This document shows positions 51,033 to 63,900 of a stretch of 64,000 nucleotides of DNA, in pieces. The notes beneath the pieces are model-generated. The model worked only from the letters and a program-made list of their open reading frames with translations, ran no database searches and was not told the origin of the DNA. Position 1 is the first letter of the stretch. Each line of letters starts with the position of its first letter. A program made the position numbers and the translations under genes. This DNA is from Eutreptiella sp. 'Long Island Sound 2002' (lineage: Eukaryota > Protista > Euglenida), in contig OZ038378.1 of assembly GCA_964036045.1 (NCBI GenBank), forward strand, positions 195,920,001 to 195,984,000, read 5' to 3'.

Positions 51033-52756
51033 GCGATGCCACGCAGCTGCGGTTGTGCGGGATGGGGGTGGGTGCTCTGGTGCCCCGGCAGCGAGTTGAA
51101 GCGCTGGTCGGGGCCGTCAACAGGCAGTGCCCCGGCATGGCGGCTGGGGAGGAGGCCACGACGTTGTGGATCTGCAATCGGATGGCGGGCGCGATGGGGG
51201 GAACGATGGAGATGGTGTCGACCGGGCCCGGCCCGGACCCGGCGTTCACCGTCTCCCTGGAGCTGCCGTGCCGGTGGCATCCATCGGTGTCAGGCAAGAC
51301 CTCCATGTCCAGTCTGAACTTGGGGCTCATCCTCTCGCACTCCGCCCACAGCCTCGGCTGCAGCAACTCCCCGAGCTGGGGTTCACCGGGGGTCCCCCGC
51401 TGCCCCCCGAAAGAGGCCCCACAGCTGCTTTCTGGGGGAGAGGACGTCGGCATGACGCCGAGGGCTACACAGGGCTCCGTCGCCACAGGGCAGCCCCAGG
51501 AGCCGCCCTCATCGACCAATGCGCCGCTGTGCCGAAGCCCGTCCCCGGGGAGCGCTCCGACAAAGCCCAGCCTGTCGCCCGTGCCGAGCGCCTTCCTGAA
51601 TCTGAAGGCAGTCGTCCGGACGGTGGAGGGCCTGTGCTCGCGATCCCTCTCGCACTTGTCGCTCGGCCGCGCGGCGACGCCCGAGCGCACCGCCGGGGAG
51701 GCCGACACGCTGTCGTGGGCGTCCGCGGCGACCGCGGAGGCCGCCCCGGAGAGAGACGCGCCGTCCCCGGAGCCCGGGGCCGGTGCCGATCCCGCGGTGG
51801 ACGTCGACCCCCCGTGCCCCCCACGGCCCGCCGCACGCGCCCACCGGCCGGCGCGGGGGGGGGACGGGGAGGCCCGCGTCGCCGGTCTGGGCCTCCGCCA
51901 AGCGCATCTTTTGAGCGGCAAAGAGTCGGTGACGCCGGCGGCAGCCCCCCTGCGCCCCGCGGACGGCCCCAGTTCCCCCGGACATCAGAGTCGGGGGGAG
52001 CCGTCGATGGAACGCAGCTGCACCCTCGTCTCGGTGTTCCAGCCACAGTCGAGGCAGCCCCCGGGCGGCGAGGACGCCGTGTGCCACTCGCAGTCCGCGC
52101 CCACCGCGCTCGCGCTCCGCGCGCCGCGCGCGCGCGCCGCGAGCCCCGGCGCAGGCGACCGTCCGCGGGCGGACCCCTCGCCCTATCCCGAGGACGTCGC
52201 CTTCCTGTCCCGGACGCAGCCCGAGCTGCTCTTCGTCTCCGGTGACCTGGCGAGCATGAAGGGCATGCGCGCGGCCTGCCGGGCCCTGGGCATTGCCGTG
52301 GTGTACTTCGCCGCCAGCGCTACGACCGCCCTCGAGACCTTCCAGCGCCACCCCGGCATCGCGGCCGTGGTCCTGGACCAGGGGGACCAGCGGCTCCCGC
52401 AGCGCATGGAACTGGCCCACCGGCTGCGGCAGCTGGCGCCCGACCGGCGGCTGCTGATCGTGGCGCTGGTGCAGGTCCTGGACGGGGGCCTGCTGCGGCG
52501 GCTGTCGGAATGGCCCCCCAGTCTCGTGGACCAGTGGCTGTCCAGCCCCTTGCGCGCGCGGCGGATGGGGCAGATCATGCGGGCGTTCTTTGCGGCGGAC
52601 GCTGGCCTTGCTCCGGTCCCGGGGATGCGGGACCCCTTGGAGGCCCTGTTGCTGACCAGTCTGCCCCATCGCCCGTACTCGGACCGGGCGCCGCGGCCGT
52701 TGGGCCAGACAGACTTGGCGGCGGACGTACCGCCGTGGCAGGCGACGAAGGGGTGA
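51033..52756 (+). CDS. Hybrid histidine-kinase-like protein, 3' exon: C-terminal half of HATPase, Ser/Pro linker, receiver (REC) domain
   Basis: LRLCGMGVG...TLWICNRMAGAMGGTMEMVSTGPGPDPAFTVSLELP matches the HATPase G-box-to-end pattern (LGLxICxxLVxxMGGxIxVxS...FTFTLP). The receiver-like region is ELLFVSGD...ALETFQRHPGIAAVVLDQ...MELAHRLRQ...LLIVAL...DQWLSSPL. Strongly GC3-biased codons. Stop at 52754-52756. Confidence 0.8.
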
Positions 52757-53069
52757 GGGGGGTCGCGCGTTCACCCGCTGGGGTGCGGTTGGGGCGCTTG
52801 GGTCATCAAAGAAAGAGGGCCAGGTCCCATGGACCCCTGTCTTCTGTGCAGGAACCACGAGACAACCCGCCGCCCGTCACTGCAGCGCCGGATGCCCGTG
52901 GCATCGCTGATGAGGCGTTTGTGGCGCTCGCGCTGCGGTACACCCCACAAGGCCCCGTACGGGGGGCGAGAGGGCGGGGGGTATGCGGGCCGGTGTCTCA
53001 CTCCACGGCCTGCGTTGTGCACCCTCCCAGCCAGGCCGCCTGACGGGGTCTGCATGCGGTCCAATTCCC

Positions 53070-53201
53070 AATATGCGCTTGCAGTGTCCCCCCCCCCCCT
53101 TTGCAATCTCCCCCCCGCTTGCAAGGTCCCCCCGAGGGGGAGACCGTCGCGCGCTGTGGGGGGAGATTGCAAGGGGGGGGGATGCACAGCAAGCGCATAT
53201 T
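53070..53201. mobile_element. Hairpin MITE (~130 bp), possibly with a TA TSD
   Basis: AATATGCGCTTGC...TTGCAATCTCCCCCC is inverted at GGGGGAGATTGCAA...GCAAGCGCATATT. The exact boundary is ambiguous because the flanks are palindromic. Confidence 0.7.
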
Positions 53202-53601
53202 AGTGATTGTACCCCATTGCTAGAGCTTTGATGCCCTCGGATCGGCAGTCACACCATTTGGCCATAGATACACTCAGAGTGTGGTTCCTTGCTTCAGGCT
53301 CAATGCGTTGATGCTCACAGATTGTGATTTTGTCTTCCCAGCGCTGTCCTGAGATTGTAGTCGTCTCCTTTCTCTGGCTCTCTGTGTATGATATGGGCCT
53401 TTCCGAGTTCCCAGCGCTGGCCTGAGATTGTACCCTTCTGCCTTCTGTGATTCTGAAAATGTGATATTTGACTTTCTGAGTGATGCTTTGCAGTGATGCT
53501 TTGCAGTGATGCAATCCTCAGCATGGGTGTGCGCATACCCACACAAGTGTGCGTTCCATTGCATTTCTTCGTCCCCGGCCCATCTGAGCACATGAGACAT
53601 A

Positions 53602-53814
53602 GAGGGTGCCGCCCGCGCACCGCGCGCACCGTGCAGGCTGCGGTATTCAAGTGTCCCGCGCTTTATGCCATGCTGCACAACACAGCCCCAGGACTTGGAA
53701 CGGAGTGAGTGGGTGGCGTGCAGCGCGCATGCGCATCAGGGCTCATGGATGCGGCCAAACGCACGTGCCCTGGTGCACCATGTGCACTGCGCGCACCGCG
53801 CGGGCGGCACCCTC
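53602..53814. mobile_element. 213-bp Tourist-like MITE, copy 1
   Basis: 17-bp TIRs GAGGGTGCCGCCCGCGC / GCGCGGGCGGCACCCTC. TSD ATA (53599-53601, 53815-53817). Confidence 0.88.
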
Positions 53815-55401
53815 ATATGCCTGTGCCCCTAAATATGTATTCCCTCTCTGCACACGTAACATATGCCACACACGACCACTTGCACGCACATGGGCTGTCT
53901 GCATGACTGCATGTCTGCATGACTTATCCCCTTTTCTGCTGTGCTCCTCTCGTCTGCTCTGCGCTGCTCTGCGGTGCTCTACTGGTTCTTAACCACATCA
54001 AAAGCTACTATTCATGGTACCCAGTGATGGGTATAAGAACAGGTCAATTTTTTTTGGTGGGGTTGGGGGGAGGGGTTGGGCTATCTGTCACTCAGTGACA
54101 GATGGGGATATGAAGTGGGAAGAGTGACAAGAATTTTGGCGCAGATGTGGAAAATGGGGCGCCCAAGGCGCCGGAAATTTATTTTGTGGCCTGCCGAATG
54201 GGGAAAATATTTTTTTTCTTCCCCATGTGCCTATACTCAAATGCTCAGATTTTTGTGGAGAATTCAAATTTGGGTGAAGAACACGAAAAAAAAATTCGGC
54301 CTTTGGCTGCTGGCCCATCCATCTGTCATGTGTCACCTGTCACTCGAGGGGGGGGAGGGGGGGTTGCGGGGGGGGGGGGGAACACTGGCAACACTGTCTC
54401 AGTGTCACAATTTCGCGAGAACGTTAATGTAGCGGCGAAAGGTCCGTCGGCAAAAACGGAAATGTCCCGTGTCTGCGATGCCCTGTCTCAGTGTTGGAAC
54501 CTGCCTGTCCACTGCGACTGCCTAAGCAGAGGTGACGTGTGCAATGGCAGTTGTGTGAGGCAGAGTTTACGTATCCTGGGTGTCACCATGCATGCCGGGT
54601 CGTCTGTGGTGTGTTTTTCCACGCCATCAGCGCTAAATGACACATGGCAACTCAAATGGGGACCCTCGTTACACAGTCCGTGGGCAGTGAGCGCAGGACA
54701 CCTGTCCAACATTTTTACAGGCTCTCTGGTAAACTCGCTACCATTCAATTTCTCATGGGCATGTTTGCTGCTGAGTATTAGTGCATGGATGCAGTTAGCA
54801 TGCTTGTGTGACCATACAAGAGCCACTGTTTTATGTGCCATGAAAGGCGCCATTCACAGAGTGTGCAGCAGAGGCCCCTGGTGTGTTGATGCCACTATTT
54901 CTTGGGCAGTGCTGCAGGCGCATCACTTGCCAACGACACCTCGTTGTACAGCAGGCCTGTTGCAGACCTGGCTTAAACGGGAAGCCTTTTGGCATGATGG
55001 GATGTATGTGTCATGGCATGCCCCGCACGGTGGTGATTGCTCTGCGACCTGTGCACCTTGGGATGCAGATTTTGATGTCCTGGCATACATATAACTAGGC
55101 AGAGCACCAGAAAACAGATGACCGGGGGGGGGGTATGTGAGTGAATCAGCACAGAATCAGCAAGGCATGCATCACATATCAATGAGTTGCTTATTATTCT
55201 GGTGCATGCCTGGCGGCCGTTGTTACCGCTGCAGCATTGGAAGGTTGTACCTCGGTAGTGCTGTGCGTTGCCGTGATTAGTCAATAAAGAAAGAGTCATG
55301 GTGTCATTCGACACTATGGTCTCTGTAGGTGAAAGCAAACGGACGACTATCAACTGTACCTGGAATGCGACTCATTGCTGTTCTTCCAGACCGAAAGGCT
55401 C

Positions 55402-56577
55402 CTATGGTACCACGGATGAGGCTTTTGTTTTGATCTTGCACGTCTGCTTGTCCCCACCAGACCGCAACTCAAACGACTCCATACGGGGGGGGGCACCAGA
55501 CCCATCACTGGTGGTACCCCGCATGATCGGCCTATTTTCTTGCTGTTTCCTCAGGCAGTCTCTTTGGTGTTTTGCCGTGATGCCACCCTGCCCTGCCCAA
55601 ACGCATGCATTTCCTACGCCTAACGCTGCATTTGAGGTCATGAGTGGGGCGAAGAAACTGTCAGCTGCCTTTTCTTTTGGGAGGGGAACAACGGCGGAGG
55701 CCTTTTGAGTGCCCTCCCAAGCCGCTACCAACCCTCCTGCCAGACCCTCAGACAAGGTTGCAGCTGAAGTTGTTGAACTATTTCTTGTGTAATATCAGCA
55801 GTTGCTTCATCGCAGAACCAGGGTATACACGGTGTTAGCAGTGGCATTCAACGTTGCTATCAATTGGGTGCTGGCGGATGGGTATGTCATTTTTTTTCCC
55901 TCCTCGGAAAGGTTTCCATCGGCCCGTTTTTCTAACACAGGTCCATGCATGCGCTCTTGTGGCACTATGGCCAGTGCTGATGCTTGCTGCAGTGCAGCCG
56001 AAAAGAACGTTTTCCTGACTCATATTTTTCTCGGCCGTATGAATCGTAGCCCATTGGACAGTCCCGGAGCCATATCCCCGTTATCCCCCCACCCCCCCCC
56101 CCCCTGTGCAAGCACTGCCTTGTCTAAGCATGGGGACCCATCTGACCATCGTTTTTCTGGGTTTCGCTGACCACAGCCTTTGTGGTCAGAAATGTAACGT
56201 GATGCGGTTGTGTGCTGGGTGTCGAGCAGGGGTGGATATGATAGTGACGACATTACCAAGGGGGGGGGGGGGGGATGCCAAACTAGGAGGCAGTGATGAC
56301 GCAATAACGATGACGATTGCTCTCTTTTGGATTTACATTTTGGCAAAATGTGTGAAGAATGATTGGACTGTCTGGACTGTCAGCATTGGATGCACCAACC
56401 CCTGTGCAATGAAGTGTGCCATGTTTCTTGTTGCGCAGAGTTGATCAGTGCCTCAGTAGTATATGCATGGGCACATGCTTTGAATGTCCTTGGTTCAAGT
56501 CCTTGGCAGCAAGTGCTGTAGCTTTTTTCTTTTGGCCACCAGCCCTCTCGTGAAACTGCTGGTTCAGCCAGACCGGT

Positions 56578-56666
<89 letters not shown>

Positions 56667-56690
56667 ATCATCGGAGGGGGGGGGGGGGTG
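55402..56690 (-). CDS. Possible exons of a minus-strand gene, including a poly-Asp tract
   Basis: (GACGAT)n read as ~30 Asp followed by EPVWLNQQFHERAGGQKKKATALAAKDLNQGHSK. A possible last exon reads QQENRPIMRGTTSDGSGAPPRMESFELRSGGDKQTCKIKTKASSVVP* (ends 55402). Joins not resolved. Confidence 0.35.
56579..56672. repeat. (CATCGT)n hexanucleotide microsatellite
   Basis: About 15 near-perfect units. Confidence 0.95.
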
Positions 56691-57559
56691 CTGGAGGGGG
56701 GGGACAACCCCCCCTCACTATATCCACCCTTGGTGTCGAGGGAAAGAGGGGCTGGGTCATGCCTGCAGCAATTCCTCCTGCTCACAACCACATTCTGCCC
56801 GGCGCTGCACCCCAATGCTGTTTGTCTGGGTGTGGTGAGGGATGGGCAGGTTTTTGTTGCATACATTCCTTCCGCACCGTACCTTCCGCGCACATGCGTG
56901 GCCGTGTCTAGGCACGGGAGGCCTGTTTGACCGTCGTTTTCCTGGCTTGCCGCGTGCTTGCGCGGTGGGGGGGGCGGGATTGGACACCTCTCCACCTCGA
57001 CACACGGGAACACCCTACGCCTGTGAAGCAATTTAGCCTAGGTGACGGGGTGCCCTCAGATCTCTCGGTTCTGATTGTTGGCTGATTTGGTGCTCAGGGA
57101 TTGTGACTTTGTCGACTCCGCACTGTGCTGCTGCTGTGCCGTTCTGCGTTGTGTGATATTTTGGTGTCATGCCTTTCTCAGTGATGCTTTACCATGCATT
57201 AGGCATGCATGTGTGCATGGTTGCCTCCAACTGGGCCTCATAGTTCAGTTTGTAATATTGCACGGCAATCCAGCCTGCGTTGTGCACCTCCCACAGGCCG
57301 CCCGATGGGGTTCTCACGGATCCAGGGGTTCTGTTTTCTTAATTTGTTGAGGCTCGGGGATCCCGACCTTGTCGCCTCAGCACAGCTGTAATATTGTACC
57401 GTGCTGCTCTTTGTGGTGTCGTCGTGTCCTCATTGATGGTGAAGGGTTGTGTTACAATGATTAGATCAGCAGGAAGAGGGGCAACCCCCTGCCCCCTGGT
57501 CCTCACCCCGGACCCCCTGCAGCACCGCCAGCAGTGAATGATTCTCCTTTTCCATACCT

Positions 57560-58110
57560 CACCGCCCTCCTCCCTCCCCAGGACCCGCCAGGCCTACAGG
57601 GACAAGTTGGTAACGGAGTTGGCAGCTCTGTCACAGTCTGGTGCGGTAGTAATGTTTTTTTTTCCCGCCGATGGATCCGCCAAATGGGTCAAAGGGTGGA
57701 TGCAGGCAGGGTTTGGCATATGGTTGGAGGGACAGCCGTCGCGATATTGGGCTCATGCGCCCATCCATGAACGCCACAGTGTGAGCAGGGCAGAACTGCC
57801 GGGGTTGCTACGGGTGGTGACCGCGCCCAAGCCGAAGGAGTGCCTGGTGGTGATGCTCGATTCACAGTTTGTTGACAAGGGGAAGATGGAATGGTCGCTG
57901 AAATGGCTGCGCCACGGCTGGAGGACGGTTTCCATGGAGGTCGGGCACAGAGATCTGTGGGAAGCCATTTTGTTGGAAAGGGAGGCGGCGGGGGGGGGGG
58001 GGGGTGTTGACGCAGTGTAGTCGCGGTGGGTACCGGTGCACTCGGGGTGCCTGGCAATCAGCAGGTGGACCAAATTGTCGAGCAGGGGCGGAAGGCACAT
58101 CCAAACAACG
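57560..58110 (+). mobile_element. LINE-derived ribonuclease HI domain remnant
   Basis: RNase HI motifs: ADGSAKW...AGFGIW, SRAEL, MLDSQFVDKG, W..HGWRT..EVGHRDLWE, and (after a frameshift) WVPVHSGVPGNQQVD. Confidence 0.8.
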
Positions 58111-58510
58111 AGCCACCCCAAAAGTGGCCCTGCATGTGCAAAATGTCCTCCCCCGGACGAGAGGCAGGGGATTCAGGAGGTACCAGATCCTCCAGTGATG
58201 TGGAGCCTGCATGACGAGAAATGCATAACAGTGACAATGACTACCAGTGTAGTAAAGATGTGATGAGTGACAGGAAGGCGCCGTCAAGCGCCCCCACAAA
58301 TGTGCACAGTGCGCCATCAGGTGAATGTCAGCAAGGCGCCGTTAGGCACCGTCATGGCTGACACCGGAACTCTTACTGACCCTACGTTGCACACCACACC
58401 TCTGTAGGAGACATAGCGGTTAGTCACACTGCATGAATTAGCGAACCTTTATACCCCCCCCCCCACCCCTTGTCCAGTAAGCGCCCTTGTAATCTGTGTC
58501 GGCGCCTAAT

Positions 58511-58723
58511 GAGGGTGCCGCCTGCGCACCGCGCGCACCGTGCAGGCTGCGGTATTCAAATGTCCCGCCCTTTATGCCATGCTGCACAACACAGCCCCAG
58601 GACTTGGAATGGAGTGAGTGGGTGGCGTGCAGCGCACATGCGCATCAGGGCTCATGGATGCGGCCAAACGCACGTGCCCTGGTGCACCATGTGCACTGCG
58701 CGCACCGCGCGGGCGGCACCCTC
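58511..58723. mobile_element. 213-bp Tourist-like MITE, copy 2
   Basis: Near-identical to 53602-53814. TSD AAT (58508-58510, 58724-58726). Confidence 0.88.
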
Positions 58724-60999
58724 AATGGCGCCTTGCTGGACAGCATGAACAATATCTCTGACGGCGCCTTGCTGTACATTTCGGACCATGTGTGTCGCGG
58801 CTCCACCGCGTGATATTTGCAGTACTGTTGGAATAGCAGAGTGATTCTGGAGGGTGACGGCCATGGTCGTTCTATGGCCAGTAAGCGCCCTTGTCTAGTA
58901 AGCGGGGGGGGGGGGGGGCAAGGGAACCATCACTTTCCATTTCCCAAATTTTCTGTCAAAGTGGGATATTTAGGTTCTTCTGTGTGTTTGCTGGTTGGAC
59001 GAGGTACTGTTGTTGGTGCATTGCTGTGTATTTCAAATTTCTTGCATGGTAGGCAATCTGTTGCATATATAGTCTGCCCTGTGCTAACATGGGCTTGTCC
59101 AAACACAGCGACCCAGTGGGGCCGCCCGCCCTCCCGCCCACCGGCAGCGGGAAACAGGACGTCAAGAGCCCCCCCCCCCCCTTGACTGCGTGGGCTCTGG
59201 CGTGTGCGGCCACATTGCCTGGCAATGCAGGGGCCGGCACCGTAGGGGGTGAGCCATATCCGCCAGGACCGTGAAAAAGGGGTGCGCCTGCAGCGCCATA
59301 CGGCACCTGCCCCGAGGGGGTTCAGCGAGCGCCACCGATCATGGCCCCACAGCTGCCCTGCCGCCGGGTGGCGCCGCAGCGGGTGCACTGCTTGGCCGAG
59401 GCCTTGCGCCCCCTCTTCCAACGGAGGGACCGCGCCCCGCCACCTGCGCGGGCGGGGCACACTTTTGGGTCTGTTTTAGAACCATCGTTTTTGCAGATCC
59501 AATGCCAAGAGAATGTTGTTTGTAATTTTGTTGGGGATGCAGGAGCGGTCAATTTGGTGTTGCTGTAATTTCATGTGCTCTTGTGTTCTGGTGTGTATGC
59601 TGGCCTGCTGGGCACTTTTTTTTTTTTGTAATCATGTACAATTCTCTTTTTACTGCTGGACTGCCTGTCACAGACGAGCCGTACACGAACAATGAGTCTG
59701 TGAGTACTCGAGTTTTAGATCCCTCTACACAAGGTGAGTGGTGTATCCGCATTGTGTATGTCCCCCCCCCCCCCCCCGTGTCCAGGAACCACCTTGCGCA
59801 AGAACCAACCCCTGGTTCCGCGGTCGAATTCTCGCATCACTTTTTTACCAGGGTAGTGGGTTTTTCATGTTTCTGGTGGATGTAGGACAGCTATTCAGGT
59901 GTGCAGGACATCATTTCATGTGTGTTACTACGGGTCCCCCCATCAGGGGGGACCCTATCAGTCACTCACAGGCACACATACCCCTTAAACCCCTCCCCCC
60001 TGCTCTCGACCCCTTCCCCGAAGCAACCAGCCCCTGGCAAGAAACAAACAAAGTCAGTTAAACACAGGGGGCCACTGACAGCAGCACTTTGCAAATTTTA
60101 TTTTTTCATTTTTGGCGAACCATCCTTTCTTAGTTAAACAGGTGCTGTTTGGTGTTCATTTGTCAACGTGGTTGACTGTGGGAAAGGAGAGGGCACAGGG
60201 GGGGGGGGGGAGCTGTACTTTACAAAAGACATTGTGACAGTTTTGTTCCTCAATTTCGGAAACCCAAGCTTGACCCTCCCCCAGCTAGGTAAGCCAGCCC
60301 CTTAGCCAGCCCAAAAGGCAAGCATGTCTGGCTCTTCAAATCGCGTGCAGGGCGGGCACTAGAGAGCGCCCCCTCTTTCCTTGTATATGAGCTATGGGTC
60401 TGTATGGAGCTATGGGTCGCCCTGTGCCCTGTCTAACAGGGATCCAGTGTATCATATATTTGAGTCGCCCAATTCCCAAGAACTATCTTGAGCGCTGGTG
60501 AACATTTCGAGTCAGCCCAAATTGCGTGCAAGGTGGGCAAAGGGTTGTATTCGGTGCCTGTCAATCAGAATGCAAGCAACTGATTTGTGCACACGAGGGA
60601 AAATGCTTTGTATTGTCGTGTTTTGAGGGTTGGGATTGGGTTATGTCTGCAAGGTGTGCTCTGTGGTAAGTGTCATACGCAAACCCAGTCTTGTCCAAAC
60701 ACCATGACTCCGTGTTTCCGCACTTGTACCCCCTGAACCAGAATCTGGCCCCTGTTAGTGCAAGGGAGGGTACCCTCCTACCATGTGCAAAGCTCCGAAT
60801 TCAGACTCATGAACTGTTGCAAGTTGAATGATCGTTGCTCCCTCCCCCCACCCTGGAACGCCCTCACTCCAAGTGTCCCCTTCCACTGCTGGGCCTGCAT
60901 AGAGCCGTCAAGTTGCAAGGGGTGCGAGCAAATGCTCGTTTGCGACCGGCCACGCGGGAGGCACATGTGGGCGTGTCCATGCACCCGGGGAGGAAGTGC

Positions 61000-63900
61000 A
61001 AGCGGAAGGATCACGGGGCAGATGGACCGGTAGACTGGGAATAGGAAGCCGAAGCAATAGGGGACCAGAAGGCAGTCATCTGTTTGAAGACGGTAAAACG
61101 GGGGCATGTTTGCCCCGTGCGCGCCTTGCGCGCTACTTTTGTTATGAACTTCCGAGATTCAGTCTCCCATTTCACCATTACCCAATGAAGCCTAGGGCTG
61201 GGAATGTGACGACTATTGTGTTGGGGAGTGACCGCAAATGGGGCTTCCATCAACAAGCGGGTCCAAAGGAACTTCCGGAGGGACATCAATTGCGGGAATT
61301 GATGGGGATGGTGGTGGAGACTCGAGACTTAAGATACCAAAGGAGATGGAGCATCGATGATTGACGACCCGCACACCACCTTGATTATACTCCAATTCCA
61401 CATGCCCATCGTGCAAACGGCCAACCACCTTCGCAGGTGCCCGAAGCCCAATAGACGTGGTGTAAAACAATTTCTCCCAAATGCTGAACTCCATAACAAA
61501 CAGCAAAAGCGGTCCGAGGATATGAGGGGCAAAAACTGATGCTCCGTAGCAAACACACTAAATGTATCCGGGCCTGCTTGCTGGAAGCGGTGCCCTGCCC
61601 GTGTACGCCCTGCCTCTTACTGGATGCCATAGTCTCTGATCCCACATGGTGAGACGTTCAGCCAAAAGAAGACACCGAGAGAAAAGATGATGGCACATAG
61701 ATGGGGGGGGGGGGGGGGCAGGGGCCACAATGTTCTGTTCCCTGTGTACACTGTTGCATGATGGTGTATGTCCTCCCCGCCTAGTGTACCTACCTGTGAT
61801 ACTTGCCCTTCTTCTACTTGCGGGCTAGCCACCCCTGCCTATCGCTAACGTCGGTGCTATAATCACCTTCTTCCTAGCCTATATGGCAGTGCTCTCCTCC
61901 ATGGGGGCTCGGTCAGGGGTCTCGCTCCAGCACCCCCGACGACGACCCATGGGTAGGAACCTAATTGACAAGGAGGACATTGACGACGGGAGGCTCATGT
62001 CAAGTCAGGATTGAAAAAATGCGGGATCAGGCACCCCACTTGTCGTGCCCGGTCCTCATGTGTAGTTGCAGTGTGAGGAGACGTCCGCCCGGCTTCCAAC
62101 TCCTCAAAAGTGAAGTCCGGGGACAGCGTGCGATCAAAGTGTGTTGACTGTGGGGCTGTTTGTGCTGCTTGGTACACATAGATGCACCTTGTAGCCCTAA
62201 AAAACATCAACTTGGCCAAACTAGGGGACAATAGGTAAGGGAAAGGGGCCGGTCCATACCCCCAACCGGAAAGCGGCAAGTCCATGAGGAGAAGCCATCA
62301 CAAATCGCCCCATCCCACCACCCACCCACTCACCCATCCGAGGGGTAGAATCCACCCCCAAATCACGGGTAGAAATCGGAAGTCGCCCAAAAAGTTGCCG
62401 TGTGCATGCCATGCCCGCGCCCTGCGCACTAACGCTCCCTTATAATTGGTTGTCAAGAGTCACACATAGCACCGGTACAGGAGGCGGCGGTTTGGTGGAT
62501 ACAAATCACCAAGCAACTGCTCACAAAATGGCAGAACAACATAAAGGAGGGAACTGAACGTTCGAGTTGGAAGGTGGTACAACAGTGGTGCTTTCTCCAT
62601 ACTGCTAAAATAGAGGTCGAGGCCATCTTGGTGAGTATCGTTGGAAGGCAAGGGAGCTCAAAAATTTTCATGCAACCCGCTTGCAGCAGGAATTTGAAGG
62701 AGTGTACAAAAGGATAGAACTAGGAAATGTGCGATGGGCCCACATGAGACAATGGATGTCCACTAGTAAGGAGCAATCATGGAAAACATGGGCCGAAAAG
62801 GCACATTACGCGTGTCGGACGTTGGGGAAATGGGTGTTACACGAAGCAAAAGGAGAGAATACACCATATATATCCCAACAAACCGTAGGGGGAATAGAAA
62901 TGCTTTCCACTGGGCGACAGTGGCACCCACACAATACTATGCGATACCGCTGGGGCCTAGCTCGTGCAAGATGGCCAAGATTTACAAGAACGAGATAGGT
63001 TTGTGGTGTATGAGATGCCCGGGTAGTGTGTGGCCGGTCTGTGGCATGACGAGTTCAGGATGAACTCTATCTACTGGCAATGGGTGTGTGATGCCACAAG
63101 TCACGTGGTGAGTCATGAAGATGTGTGGGGTATGTCCCCCAAGAAAGCGCGAGAGGAGCTCTCATTAAAGATAAACAAATCGGACGTGCCTGAAAGTGGG
63201 GCTGGTGGATCGGTGATGTTCTAGGGCATGTATGAAATGTAGCTTCGGCGTTGGACCACAGCAATGCGGGGGGGCCACCCCAACAATGGCAAAGCCGAGG
63301 ACCACAACTTGACACCCTGTGTCAAGGTTGTGTGCCCCTTTCGTCCACCAGCTTGGTGCGGTGACAACGTGCCAATCATCGGTTCTTTAAGGCGGCGGAG
63401 GATAATTTTTGTGGTGATTGGATGCATGCACGTGGACGCTACAATGGCTGATAGTTGGCCGTGTCACGCAGATCTCCTTTCTTGTACAACAGGGAGATGC
63501 ACGTTTCCGCCCACTCCTGCGGCATACATCCTTGGTCCCATGCCTCCATTCTCCACCAGCTCCATCTGTAAGTCCCATGACATGCCTGGCAAGTAGTCTA
63601 CCAGGCGCATATTTTCCCCACTCCTCTACACTGCACCATTTCATCACAAATTTGTGGGCAAGATATCTAGATCCATCACACCAACCATCACTAGGATGTC
63701 GGTATTGTTGTTGCTCAGTTAGCATTAGTTATGTGCAGGGACTTTGCTGTAGTATTTTTGGCCAGTGGTATCCACAGATCCACATCGCACGCCCCAAGGT
63801 ACGGTTCATAGGTAGCGCAATCCGATGCTGCTTGGTTGTCCAACACAACATCATCCTCCTCGAAAGCTAAGCAGGATGCCGGATACATCCCCATTCATTG

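Noticed and set aside
51127-52858. Long alternative ORFs (51127-52245 +, 51509-52858 -, 51465-52046 -)
   Set aside because: Shadow ORFs of the GC-rich kinase exon, with Arg/Gly/Pro-biased translation and no motifs.
53471-53482. ACTTTCTGAGTG matches the first 12 nt of the euglenid spliced leader as I recall it
   Set aside because: The match stops after 12 nt, with no following T-tract, GT donor or SL-RNA structure, and it lies in a low-complexity repeat. Treated as chance.
59170-59230. CVGSGVCGHIAWQC, resembling a gag CCHC knuckle
   Set aside because: The spacing is imperfect and it is isolated, with no continuous ORF. At most a tiny retroelement remnant, so it is not annotated.
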